Source: Cenococcum geophilum
Lineage: Eukaryota
Direction of reading: 5' to 3'
Assembly (NCBI GenBank): GCA_050273025.1
Contig: CP158635.1
Coordinates: 13,950,001 to 14,014,000, forward strand
DNA: 64,000 nt
The notes beneath the pieces were generated by a model. The model saw only the letters and a list, made by a program, of their open reading frames with translations, was not told the DNA's origin and did no database searches. Shown one piece after another: positions 37,909 through 51,055 of the stretch. The number at the start of each line of letters is the position of its first letter. Position 1 is the first letter of the stretch. The position numbers and the translations under genes are program-made.

Positions 37909-38706
37909 GTTCTTTCTTATTCTTTAGCCTTTTGTTTACATTTACCTATTTCTTTAAATAATATTGCACCTTCTAATATAGAATAAGCACTATATAGGAT
38001 TATCCGTAGCATAGCTAGCGTCTACTAGATAATAGCGACCTAAAGGCGTATAAAAGCCACTATCCTTTATAAAAGCAAACACGCGGCCGTTATATGCAGA
38101 GCCTTCCTATCTAGGTATAATTAACACAAAGTTTATATCAAAATCGCACGCCGTAAATACATTCTGCGAGATCTAGCCTTTCCTATTACGCCATACTGCT
38201 TACTAAGCTTTAGGAACTAATATTGGTATATACGAGCCGTTAAACGCGCTAATACAATCTGCAAAAAAGGGCCATATCTTATTATCAGATTCTACTCATT
38301 TAGGCGTTTAATTAGGCGGTAGCTTAATAATATCCTTATATAGCTTATATAAAGCATTAAGAACTTTATAGAGGGAGCTAATAGAGGTTAGTTATAGCGT
38401 CTTATTACCTACTAGATGTTACCTACTAATAGGCTTGTTATAGGCGTTAGGTGCTAAAACTCCCACACTACAAACTTTCTAGTTAACCCACCTATATCTA
38501 GCCATAAATATCATTAGCTTCTGCTCCGCTAATATACCTTCCTGCGTATATAATTTATAGTCGCTAATAAGCCGATTAAGGAGCAATTTAAACATCTATT
38601 AATTAAGGCGTGTTACTATTTTAAGCGCCTACGGAGGACTATATAATAGCTCTACTATTTTTGCTTTACCGCGTAAAGGGTTAATAAGTTACTAACGCCT
38701 ACTATA

Positions 38707-40026
38707 TATTTTTAATCCATTGTATTATACTACGTATAATACTGCGCATACAGCCTCTAGGCTATAGCGCTATAGTTCTATATATATAAATCCTTTCTAG
38801 GCAGCTTAATATATACTAGTAGCTATATCCTAGTAGTTTATAGTTCCTTAGTAGAACACTAAGTTACTACAACTACTAGGGAATAAGAAAACAGTAGGAA
38901 AAACTACGAAATCCTAATACCTATCCTATCCTTTTGCAATTTATTTCTATTCCTTTACTCTCTAATATCGTTTTATTAAAAGCCTAATAGGCTTCTAGGA
39001 TTGTATTGTTTTTATTCTTCTATAAACTCTTCTTTACGTACTAATTTAGCTGCTTTAAGAGTCTCGCAGTCTTTACTATTAGCAAAGTGTTTTTCTTTAC
39101 AATTAATATAAAGAGGGGTAGTGTGCTTATAAGGCTTGCCTATTGCTATATAGGTAGGGCAGCCGTGGTCTTTAAATAAGTATATAGCCACATAATATCT
39201 ATAGGCCCTAGTAGAGCATCTGTCTCCTATATAGCTAAAATTTTAACAGCTAGTACACTGCGTAGTAGGAGAGACTTTAAGGTATTTTACTACCTTAGTA
39301 GCTATACCTACAATTGATATCTTCTTTTACTTAAGGATTTCTTGTCTTTTTTCCTTATTCTCTATAGTAAAAACTATAGAGCTAAATCTAGTCTGTAGAT
39401 TGTGTTTTTTTATACTAAATAAGATCCACCTAGGTAGTCCTTATATCCTTATTGGGTTAAAAGTCTTAATTTCTTCTTTTAGAAGCTTAGAGCCTCCTTC
39501 TCCTAGAAACGGTATAGTAGGAACCCCGTGGGCTATAATTTAAACCTATAGTTTTAGTTTTTATTCTCTTTAAAAGGTAAAGCAATTATACTAGATATCC
39601 TCATATTTAACTAGGAAATCTACATTATACTCTTTTATAGTTATAGGGAGAATATTTTATTTTCCTTTAGTTCTAGCTATAGACGCTAGTACTAGCTTTT
39701 TTACTTGCAGTTTTAATACAAATAGTTAATTAACTTTGTTTCGTATAGAGAAGGTATTTAGAATTTGGTCCTTTTCGTCTACAATTAAAACTAGTTTCCT
39801 TTCTTATAGCTGCTTTTTCTTACTTCTAGTAGAAGTAGAAGTAGTAGGAGACGGTAGTAATAAGGGTAAAGAGGACAAAGTAGGGAGGTCCTTTTTTAGC
39901 CTCTCTGCGTAGGTTTTTTTTAGTAGGGGCCACCTCATTACGGAGAGCTCTTACTTCTTTAACTAGTCCTTTTAGGATATCTTTTGCCTTTTTTTCTTCT
40001 TCCTTTATAAAGGGGTTTTCTCCTAC
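38707..40026 (-). mobile_element. 5'-truncated ORF1-only half-LINE (L-C variant B)
   Basis: The 3' half of ORF1 is joined to the L-C tail by a junction different from variant A. No TSD is seen at 40027. Confidence 0.85.
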
Positions 40027-40131
40027 GTCAGGAAAAAATTTACCAGCATTTTTGCAGCATTTGGCAGCATTTGGCGGCCAAATACGCATTCCGCGCACTA
40101 TAACGTGTAGCGTATGGTATCGACTAAGGTA

Positions 40132-40198
40132 CGGCATACTGCTGTATTTAACAATACAGTGCGGCATACTGCTGCGTACTGCTGTATTTAACAATATA
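40132..40198. repeat. 30-bp tandem repeat (GTGCGGCATACTGCTGTATTTAACAATACA), left part; continues at 47549-47627
   Basis: The same unit occurs on both sides of the L-A insertion. Confidence 0.85.
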
Positions 40199-43100
40199 AT
40201 CCGCAAAACAGGAGCTCTTGCTACACCCGGCCCAAAAAGACCAAAACTAACCAAAAGAACTCTAAAAAACACCCAGAGAATCCCCCTAAGATGCATGCAT
40301 CGCATGGGAGGCACACGTCAAACGACGGTAGCTCGCACTTGCGCGCGACCGCTAGAACTACGCCTAGCAATAGCCCTCCATAATAAAAACGGGCGAATAC
40401 CACACTATAAAGCGGAAATACCTCTATTAAGAAGGCATCTAATAAAATATAAAGCCTATTGGACGCATCTAGTATCCAGAATTATAGGGGAGTAACCGTT
40501 AGCTATAACGAACTAATATAGCTAGTAGAATGGCTCCGCTAGTCTAGTAAACCTTAGGCGCCCCTCTAGTAAACCCTTAATTAAATCCTCTAACGGCTAA
40601 GTAAAATTAAAAATAAGTATAACCCCCCCTTACCGGCAAACCGCACCTAGGCTGCCGTAGCTGCGCTTTTACAGTATAGGGAACCTACCCCCCTTAAGTT
40701 AATAACTGGGTATATAATTATAATATAACTAAATATAGAATAAGTAGAGGGGCTTAGGGGATAATTAGAAATAGAAGTCCTTATAGAGATACGTAAAGAG
40801 GTCTATAACGCTGTTATAGTCTAACACCTTAAGAGCGGAGATATTAGAGTTACCCTAAAGGACTAATAGGCAAAGGAATAAGCTATAAGGGTAAAGGATA
40901 GGCTAGGAGAACGTATTAGTATAAAAGTACTCTGTAAGAATTACCTAGTTAAAGTCCTAGTAGTTCCTATAAGCCTTAGGGTAGAAAAGGGACGCTAGGT
41001 AGACAATACAGTAATTATATAGAAGATAGTAAGATAAACGGAACGCCTTATACTAGGACTTAAAATTACCTAAATCTAATAGCTTTAATAGGAAAATGTA
41101 AATTAAGTATATAATAAGAATAATAAGAGGATATAAGGGTCGCTAAAAACTTACTAGGGAGACGCTAGACAAATATATGGCTCCCTTATTATTAGCATAT
41201 ATATACTAGGAATGTAAAAACTCCTTATCTAAAAAGGAATAATTATAAATGGCCTTATATATAATATAAGGCTCTATAACCACAGACTATGCCTAGAATA
41301 ATGCTATTGCTATATATAATAGGGACACACCTAATCTATATGCGCAGTATAGGTATGCTACGGCTACTGTGCAGGCCCCTATAATATAAGACATTACTTA
41401 AATTAAGACTAAATAAAATACATAAACTGCCACTAAAGCATATATAAGGCGTAGGAGAGAGAAAACTATATTAAATACAGGAGATAAAAAGTAAGGGCTT
41501 AACAGCTACGGGAATAACTGCACGCTAGGTTATATAAATAGAAATAATAGGTAATAAGCTAGGGGGACGTAGGCGCCTTCCTAGCATTTCCTACCTTTAA
41601 TACTAGAGGGCTAGGCTAGCTATCCTAAGCCTTAATAGGCTAGAAGCGATGCCGCGTAATATTACTAGACTAATTAGGGATATAAGGGTTATAGGGGATA
41701 TAAGGAAGAGGACGCCCTATAGGAAGACCCCTATAGACAGTAATAGTAGGCTTAAGACTAGGATAATTAAGAATTAGACTTAATATAGCAAATATAATAT
41801 TCGCAGCCAACCTATAAAGGGTATATAGCCAACCAGTAAAAATAGGGGAAGAACCGGTAATAATAATAGATTTAGATATAGAAGCGCTAATAGAAACATA
41901 AGATATAAAAATAGAAAGCTTTATATAAAATAAGTAGTAACTAGGGTGTAGATATAAGAGATAGAAGCTCTAAATATCCTAAAGAAAGTAAAAACAGAAG
42001 AAGTAAGGAATAAAGGAGAGTTGAAGGACCCTCGCTAGGGGTCCGCCACCTATCCATTATATAGTATAACTACGGCAATACAAACCACCACCTTATAAGG
42101 CCCCTACTAGACAGTCTAGACCTAGAGAAACACTATATCCTTACTATATAAGAACCGTATTATAATACCTTTATATAATTAATATACTGCCCCTAAGGAT
42201 TCCAGCTCCTATATAAACTAAAAGTAGCTATACGCGTGTGCTTTATAATTAGTAAGGCTATTAGCCTATCCTTATAGTTATAGCAGGTAGTTAACCTAGA
42301 TATTATAGTTATAACAATCTAAACATATAGGGGACTGGTATAAATTATTAATGTATATAACCCTAGGGTTAAAGGGGTCCTATAAATAGAGAATATTATA
42401 TTAGTAATAAGCTTACTGGAAACTAAAGGTATAGAGTTTATCCTACTAGGAGATATAAACCTCCACCACCTATGTAGGAGGGTATCTATATTACTGCAGA
42501 TTAACAGTTAAAGTGCCTATTAAGAGCTATAGATATCTGGGGCCTTAAGCTAGCTACCCCCCTAGGAGTAATTATATAGCAATAAGGCACCGCTAGAAGT
42601 ATAATTAACCTCACATTTATAGACAAAGGCCTATACTAGAGACTTAAAAGGTGTAACCCTAAAGAAAAATAGGCACTTACCTTAGACTATATCCCTATTT
42701 AGATATAGCTAAACCTAGATACTAAAGCGTAACTAAATAGAAAAAGATACGCAATAAGGAAGCTTAAGATAAATAGTTTCCTTAATGCAGTTAAATAACA
42801 ACTTTAAGACCTAGAAGAAATCCACCTAATACTAAATAAGTAAGGCTTATTGGCCACCCCTAAGGAAATTAACCGAAGACTAGAAAGGATCTAGGCAGTA
42901 ATTAAAAATAGGCTAAAAGAGCACTGCCCGATCTTAAAACTAGGCCCCTACGCGCAACATACATGGTCTACATAATACGCAGTTCTAGTTGCCAGCTAAT
43001 GACAAGTAAGAAGGAAATATATAAGTAGCCATAACCCTAAAGACGAGAGACGATATAAAGATATAAGAAACCAGCTAAAGAATACCCTAAAAAAAGAAGC

Positions 43101-46100
43101 AAGGAATAACTAGAGATAGTTTATAAATAAGTATACTTCTAACCTAAGCCTCCCCTATAATAAGGGCCTTTAGGCTATAATAAAATAGGTAAAGAAAAAG
43201 GCAGGGCGCCTAGCAGAAGACTTATACTTACTACCCCTATGAAGAGCAGGAGAATTATAGGCCATAAACAACAATAATAAGAAGGTAAAGATCCTTATAG
43301 AAAGGTTCTTCCCCTAACCGGCTTTAGTAGACCTTAGTAATATTACAGGCGAAACACTAGTGACTCGCCTATAGGTCGACAGCGATATAATAATAGAGGA
43401 AATGGCTAGAACTATTAGCCGCCTTTTAAATAATATAGTACTAGGACTAGATAGGATTCTAAATAAGGCCCTAAAAACCTATGGGCCACTTATAGCACCT
43501 TAGCTTGCAGATATAGCCAGAGCATACTTTGCTATAGGCTACTACCCACAACTCGGAAGATCTATAACGACGGTTGTCCTATAAAAAGAAGGTAAAGTAG
43601 ATTACTTAATCCTAGGAAGCTACCGCCCTATTACCTTAGAAAATACCCTTAATAAGATCTTAGAAAGGGTAATAGCGGAATATATAGCAGACATAGTAGA
43701 GGAATACGCCCTACTACTACAAAGCTAAATAGGGGTAAGAAAGAACCGCTTAACACTATTAGCACTTACGCTACTCGCTACCACTATTAAATCTGCATAG
43801 GCGATGCGAAAGGACTTTATAGTATTAATGCTTAGCCTAGATATTAGTAGTGCCTATAATAATATACCCTATAAGCGTCTCCTATATATCCTTAAGGCAA
43901 AGGGCTTTTTAGAATGGATTATATAATTTATCTAAGGGTTTATAAGCTAGAAAGAAATATTACTAGTCTTTAATGGATACTAGAGCCCCCCTATTGTAGT
44001 TACAATAGGAATACCATAAGGATTACCCCTCTTGCCTATACTCTTCCTTTTCTTTATAAGCAACCTACTTAACTCCTTTAAGAAAGGGGCGACCTAGGGG
44101 ATAGGCTTTGTTAATAATATAAACCTAATTATATACGGGCTAATAGCCGTAGAAAATTATAGAACACTAGAGAAAGCCTATAACACTTATATAGAATAGG
44201 CAAAACGTTATAGAGTCTAATTCTTACTAGAGAAATACTAGCTAATCTATTTTATAAGAAAACGTAACTAATTTGCAGATCTCTAGTATATAATTCATAT
44301 TTAAGGTTTTAGGGGTTAACTAGTTTAGGGCCTAAGGGTATTAGGAGTATGGGTAGATAGTAAGCTCTAGTGGAGCGTATATACGGCGTAAGCGGCCTAT
44401 AAAGGCTAAGTATAGTTTATCGCTTTATCCAGAATTGTCAATTCTATATAGGGTCTATGCTTTTAGAGGTTACGCCTACTATATATAGCAGTTGTCCGGC
44501 TAACCATAATATATAGATCTAGTATTTGGGCCATTAGAGAAACTAAGAAGGGCCCCCCTAAATTACTCCTTAAACTACTTTAAAAGGTCTAAATAGCCTA
44601 CCTTTAGAGTATTATAGGCGGGTATAAGTAAACGGCCACAGTACTGCTTAAGAAGGAATCTAATATTCCCCCCCTATAGTTATATATTATTCTAATAGGG
44701 CGCACCACTAAGATAGTGTTTGAGGGCTACGAAAGCGAATTAATACTAACACCTACAGGCATCCCATAGGGGTCGCCCCTGTCGCTAATCCTATTCTTAT
44801 TCTTTATATCTAAGCTACTAGAGACATTTAAGAGTAACCAGGAAACAGTAGCCTTAGGATTTGTAGACGATACAAACCTAATCACGTAGGGAAACATAGC
44901 AGTAGAAAACTGCACTAGACTAAACCAGGCGTACGATAGGTGTGTCGTATGGGTAAAACGGCATGGCGCTAAATTTGCACCAGATAAATACCAGCTTATC
45001 CATTTTATAAGGAAAAGGAGGGCGAATAACAACCTAGCGTTAATAGTAAGCATCTAGGGCTGCGAAGCAAAACCAGAAGCCACCCTTAAGGTCTTAGGGG
45101 TATGGGTGGATGCTAGACTAAACTGGAATGCGTATATTATACAGGCGACTTATAGAGGAGCAGCAGCATTTGTAGCGATATTGCGTATCGCAGCCTCAAC
45201 CTAGGGACCCTTATTTAGACGCACACGACTACTATACATAGCTGTAGTAAGGCCAATAATGCTATACGGCGCCCAGATCTGGGGCGTAGACCTAAAAGGT
45301 AAGCCACTAGCAAAAAGCTCCCTAGAGCCACTAGTTAAACTATAAAACTAATACCTACGTAGAATCACAGGGCCTTATAAGAGGATACCACGTGCCGTAC
45401 TAGAACGCGAAGTAGCAGTACCTTCACTAGATATATACATAGACACAATTGCCATATAGAGAGCAGCTACAGTATAAGACCACCCAGTGGAGAAGGATAT
45501 ACGCTAAATATTTAATCGTATATGAGGAGTAAGGGCCCCCCGGAGGGGCAACGCGCCCAAGCTCACAAGCCAGAAAGCCCTCCGCCTACGTGCGGTAGAG
45601 AAAGAACAGGAAATATGAGAGCTACTATAACACTAAGCGGAGACCCAGCGCTACGCCGGCGGAGCGCTACCACGGCAGTAGAGGATAGGAGGCCACTAGT
45701 ATAAGTGGAGATCTACTATATGCATCGTAAGATGGGTAGATATTAAGTGGAACCAACAATGGAAGAAGGCGGTAAAAACACAAAGGGCAGCCACATAGAT
45801 CACCCTATAAATAATACTAACTCTCCCCCTATACGAAGGACAGATAAAGGTAGAATTTATAGCCGCCTTCCTACTAAGGACAGAGGTCCTAGGGCTAAAT
45901 GTATGGCTAGTAAGTATCTATGTCCCAAATATTACGCCACACTATACGTGCGGATGGCCTACATAGTTAGTACGCCACGTACTACTTTTCTGTAACTAAC
46001 GCACTGTAAAAGACCAGTTGTTCGCTAGAGTAGGCATAAATAATATTACCCGAATGCTCTTTATAAGTAGGGGTCTATACGTAGCAGTACAATAGCTTAT

Positions 46101-47548
46101 AAGCTAAAGAGTCCTTCAGCAGTTCTAGACAGCAAATGAGATCTAGCAGGAGGACACTAAAGGATACGCCCCCTTCTAGTCCCTTAGAGACTGGATACCC
46201 CCTGCCTAGTTAAAGGCGGCACGCCGGCGAATCACCAAACCCTTCTACTACCCCCTAGATCTTCTAAGACACCTTAGAAGCATGGTACGTAAGGCAGATA
46301 TTATATAAAGGTATATAGGCGAGGCGAAGGCGGAGCGCGTAAGACTAGCTGAAAGGATATACCTAGGTTTTCCCCCCTAGGGGGTTTTTCCTATATATAG
46401 AAGGTAGAAGCCTATATAGACCTAAAAAGGAACCGAATCGGGCGATAAATAGAATTAATAATAATAATAATAGTTATATATTAAAGCCGCTGTAATATAA
46501 AGGACGTAAAATAAACGCAACTCTAATATTATAAAGTACATTAAGACATACCTAAGTAAACTATAGAGGGACCCTAGGGTGCCCCGTAGGAGAATAAACC
46601 AATAACCCTAAAGTAGGGAAGAGATATTAGAGAAATAGGTAAAGAAAGCAGAAGAAGAATGGTGCCGCTTTAGGGCCTAGGCCTATATAGAGGAGGAAGG
46701 GAGACGTATAAGAGGTTAGTAAAGATAATAGTAAAATAGAGAAAGGAGCTAAAGTAGAATACGTAAGAACGCTAGGAAACTATCTACCGTAATATAATAC
46801 TGGTTGGACTAATGCTAGAGAGGTAAATGGGAGTTAAAGGTATAGAGGTTAACTTAGGTAAGATAAACCTAAGCTATAGTATAGTTAACGCTATAGGGGG
46901 TAAATACCTAAGGGCTCCGAGAAGGCCTAATAAAGGCAGAAAATATAATAGCAACACTTTTAAGAACAGGAATAATAGGACTAAAAGATTGGCTTTACTG
47001 GGTGGATATTCTAGTAGGTAGCCCGAGATATAAATATAGCTAGCTAAGATAGACACCAAAACATGTAATACTGCTATGCCCCCTACGCACTAATTAAGAA
47101 ATAATGCTCTTAGTAGCTGGCATAGAGAACTATAATATACTACTCTTAATATAAAAAGGCCTTAAGGCGGTTACCTAGTAGCTTATTAGTTAAAATGTGC
47201 TAAATTAGTTCCGGGTTGTAAGGGAAATAGTAATAAAAGGTAAGGGGGCAAGTAGTAGGTGCCCCCTAGTAACTCTATAGTAGTAGAGTAATAGTTTATA
47301 ATACTAGCGCGTCCGTAGGCTTATTACGGCAGTAGTAGTTCCTAAAAAAGTTAAATAGTAAAGTAGTAGAGCACCATAGGCGACTTGTAGGCGCTAAGTA
47401 GGCAAGTCCTAAAAGGTAGGGAGATGGATTACGGGTTTTTCTTATTTTTCTTAAATAGAGTTTTCTCCCTATATGTAAATAAGGAGTAGTCCGCGTAGGC
47501 CTAATAGGGATCTAAATCGGACGTTAAGCAATAAATTATTATTATTAT
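40199..47548 (+). mobile_element. Full-length LINE L-A with nested L-B fragment
   Basis: 14-bp TSD TATTTAACAATATA (40185-40198 / 47549-47562); colinear with 25265-30806. Confidence 0.92.
44690..46469 (+). mobile_element. 5'-truncated LINE L-B
   Basis: 14-bp TSD ATAGTTATATATTA (44676-44689 / 46470-46483); aligns to about 17683-19470; RT GFVDDTNL retained. Confidence 0.92.
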
Positions 47549-47730
47549 TATTTAACAATATAGTGCGGCATACTGCTATATTTAATAATGTAGTGCGGTA
47601 TACTACTATATTTAACAATACAGTGCAGCTAATTACACATTTTGCATATAATGCCCTCCTCGTACATTCTGTACATAATGCCCTTCTCGCGTATTCTGTA
47701 TATAATGCCCTTCTCGCATATTCTATATAT
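47549..47730. repeat. 30-bp repeats followed by three 27-bp repeats (GTACATAATGCCCTTCTCGCGTATTCT)
   Basis: Direct tandem units are visible. Confidence 0.8.
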
Positions 47731-47835
47731 CTTGCTTACTTTAAGCAATAAATAAGTATTGCTCTTTCTACGCGGTTAGTGCAAAATAAATTATATTATT
47801 TTAGATAATTTAATATAATATAGCGATGGTTCTCC

Positions 47836-47927
47836 CTTACTTACCTACCTACTGACCTACCTGCCTGCCTACCTGCCTGCCTGCCTACCTACCTGCCTAC
47901 CTGCCTGCCTACCTGCCTACCTACCTA

Positions 47928-47966
<39 letters not shown>

Positions 47967-48122
47967 ACCTACCTGCCTGCCTACCTACCTACCTGCCTGC
48001 CTACCTACCTACCTGCCTACCTGTCTGTCTATCTATCTATCTGTCTATCTATCTGTCTATCTATCTGTCTATCTGTCTATACCTACCCGTCTATGCCTAC
48101 CTATCTGTGCCTACCTGTCTAT
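47836..48122. repeat. Compound tetranucleotide microsatellite (CCTR)n(TCTR)n
   Basis: CCTG/CCTA runs followed by TCTG/TCTA runs. Confidence 0.95.
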
Positions 48123-48193
48123 GTCACCTTGATTCAATCGATCGATCGAATCGTTTATCGTGTTCGCTGGCTGGTCGTTCGAACGGTTGTCGT

Positions 48194-48412
48194 GTGGCTC
48201 TGGCGACGGTCATCTGGCTCCGGCGACGGTCGTCTAGCTCTGACGACGGTCGTCTGGCTCTGACGGTCGTCTAGCTCTAGCGACGGTCATCTGGCTCCGG
48301 CGACGGTCGTCCAGCTCTGACGACGGTCGTCTGGCTCCGGCGACGGTCGTCTAGCTCTAACGACGGTCGTCTGGCTCTAACGGTCGTCTAGCTTCGGCGA
48401 CGGTCGTCTGCT
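48194..48412. repeat. ~11 units of 17-20-bp repeat CTGGCTCCGGCGACGGTCGT
   Basis: Direct tandem units with a GACG-GT-CGTC palindromic core. Confidence 0.9.
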
Positions 48413-48453
48413 GGCTGTCGTTCTGGTGTCTTCCTACGTAGGGAGGATGTAAG

Positions 48454-48594
48454 TGTTGAAGTGGGTTCCAGTTAGCGTGTATTGCTTCTTATTGGGTGGA
48501 ACCTCTGATACTCTTCTATATAATTGTTGCTTCCCCACCCTCTTAGATATATATGCTTAATAAAAATAATTATTAAACTATACCTATTTTAACA
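48454..48594 (+). repeat. Copia C-B 5' LTR (141 bp)
   Basis: TGTTG...TAACA termini; matches 61119-61259. Confidence 0.9.
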
Positions 48595-48649
48595 GGTTAT
48601 GAGCCCGGAGATACTTCTATCACGTAGTGACCTATATACTACGTCTTAA

Positions 48650-48912
48650 GATATACCTTGGATATACGTACTCTAGATACTTTATACTTTAGATACTTTG
48701 GATATACGCACTCTAGACTTTTTAGATATACGCACTCTAGATACTTTATACTCTAGACACTTTAGATATACGCACTCTAGACATTTTAGACATACGCACT
48801 CCAGACACTTTACACTCTAAATATTTCGGATATGCGCACTCTAGACACCTTAGATATATACACTCTAAATATTTTGGATATTTAAACATGCGCACTCTAG
48901 AAATTTTAGATA
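48650..48912 (+). repeat. Tandem repeats (GATATACGCACTCTAGACACTTT..) in the Copia C-B 5' UTR
   Basis: About 10 imperfect units; a longer version is at 61315-61620. Confidence 0.85.
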
Positions 48913-51055
48913 TCCTATTAATTAAAATCGGCTTTTCTTATTATATCTTAGTTGCCTATTACTATCTATTAACCTTAAATTAGGTTTTCTATTAATGTCT
49001 TAGTTGCCTATCACTATTACTATTCCTAGTGCCATTGTTATTATTATTATCATCGTTATTAGTTGTTAAATCCTTAGCACTATACTAAATACTAAAAAGG
49101 TAATAGTATACAAGCCAAAGAATATTGTTTCCTACCTTTTTACTAAAACACTTACTTCTCTCTTATAAGTTATTATAGTAATTAAATACTTTAAGTCTAA
49201 TATTAATCTCTCTAATATTTAGACACTTAAAAGCCCTACAGACTATAAGAAGTAGAAGAAAGGTACCGGGTAGTAGCTAATTAAAAATAACTTTAATTTA
49301 GACGCTTTAGTTAACCTAGAAGCCGGACTAGCTATAAACTAACCTTAGGTTAAGAGAGACGCTTATAATAAACTTGTTAAAACTTATTAGGCGGATTTTA
49401 AAGCTTAAAAAAGAAAGCAACTTAAGGGAGTAAACTATATTTTTATAACCTATAGCACTCGCGGATAGAACCTTATTAAAGACTATATTGAAATTAAGGA
49501 TATAATAGAAATCTTATACGCGGAATTTAAGCTAAAAGGAGACGCGATATACGCTAAAATATACGCTAAATGGCGAAACCTTACTCTTGTAAACTGTAAG
49601 AACGTTAAAGAATATATTATTAAATTTAAGGAGATATACTTAGACCTTAAGACCTAAAACTATACTATAGACCGAATAGACCTACTCTCTAAGTTTATTA
49701 ATGGTCTCGGTCCTACTTTTAACGGCTAGTAAGAATTATTCTACCTTATATACTCCCTTACTAATAAGACCCTTACTCTCTTAAAAGTTTAGGGCCTTGC
49801 CTATATATAAGAGCAACTTATACTCTAAAGTCAACTAGTAGCTTTCTAAGTATACATAAATTAAGCCTCTTACCACTAGCAGTATTACGATTAGTAAGGC
49901 TAATAATAATATAATAGACTGTATTGCAGGCCATATAAACGCGCTGGCCACTAGAAAGATAGATACTAGATCCTTTAACCCTATTTAAAGGAGATCTGGC
50001 GAAAGGAAAACCCTAAAAAAGCCGTAGAGATGGATACGCGCTCTACTTATAGAAGGGACTTTAGAAAATAATAAAGAGCCTATTAGAGCAACTCCTTATT
50101 AGGATCTGTATTATTACCTATAGCACTATTAGCAATAACAATAAATAGCAAGCCTTTTACTAAGTTAAGGTAATATATAGGAATGGCTATTTAATTAACT
50201 ACAGTCTAGTAACAAATAAGGTGGCTATAAAAGCTTTAACTCTATAGCAAGCTAACTAGGCCATAATTGTACCTTAATAATTATGGCCAAAACTCCCGTA
50301 TTTCCGATTATATTAGACGTTCTTTACTACAGATCCATTTACTCTTGTATTATCTTTTATTTATTCCCTTCGGACTCTTTACAGCTGGCATGCTATTCTT
50401 CTTTTATAGTCTTTTGCTGCTTATATAGATCGCCCTTTAACCTTTACTATTAGCATGGAAACTATTAGCCTATATACACAACCTATAAAAGAACTTACGC
50501 TACTTTACACGTAACCTACTTCGCCAACTATACCTTATTGCCTATCGGTGGCGGGTTTCCTGTATTATTCGCATTCCTCCTTACTGTTACGGACGCTTTA
50601 AGTACGATGTTACGACTACTTAGAAAAGAGACGGAAGAAGCTAGTTAGTTAATATAGGCACGGTCTAAGATAGAGCCGATAAAACTATGTGACGAGGAAT
50701 GGTAACTAAGGTCACATAATGTAATCTATGTAATCTGTGTAATCTGTGTAATCTATGACAGAGTAGACAGAGCACACGTACATTACGTATAAGAAGGATT
50801 TCATAGGAGTACGGTTGTGTATTTAAGGACCCTTAGTCCCTACCTAGATAGTTCCTTCCTTATAGTAATTCTCAGAATACAATTAGAGTTAATCTATTAG
50901 GCAACTACTCCACCAGTTATTATTACGTTGTTGACTTTTATACTTGCATTTTCTATATACCTAGCCTATTAACGAGCCTATTGTAGTTCTTACTACAAGG
51001 TTCCGTTACACAATCACTACTACGGTTACGGTATTAATATAAGAAGTTAAATAAC

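Larger units (their letters stand above)
36783..38706 (-). pseudogene. PIF/Harbinger DDE transposase relic, interrupted by an L-C fragment and a solo LTR
   Basis: The reverse strand gives WPFFADCISAFNGSYI, WRNRKG.ISQNVFTACDFD, EGSAYNGRV, YYLVDASY and, after removing the inserts, ELFNLRYAFLRNVIKRAFSVL. Confidence 0.88.

Noticed and set aside
39826..40495. Longest ORFs in the track (162 and 147 aa) as host genes
   Set aside because: They run across junctions of three unrelated elements and have no recognisable domain.
47836..48122. Telomeric repeat
   Set aside because: The units are CCTR/TCTR tetramers, not CCCTAA.
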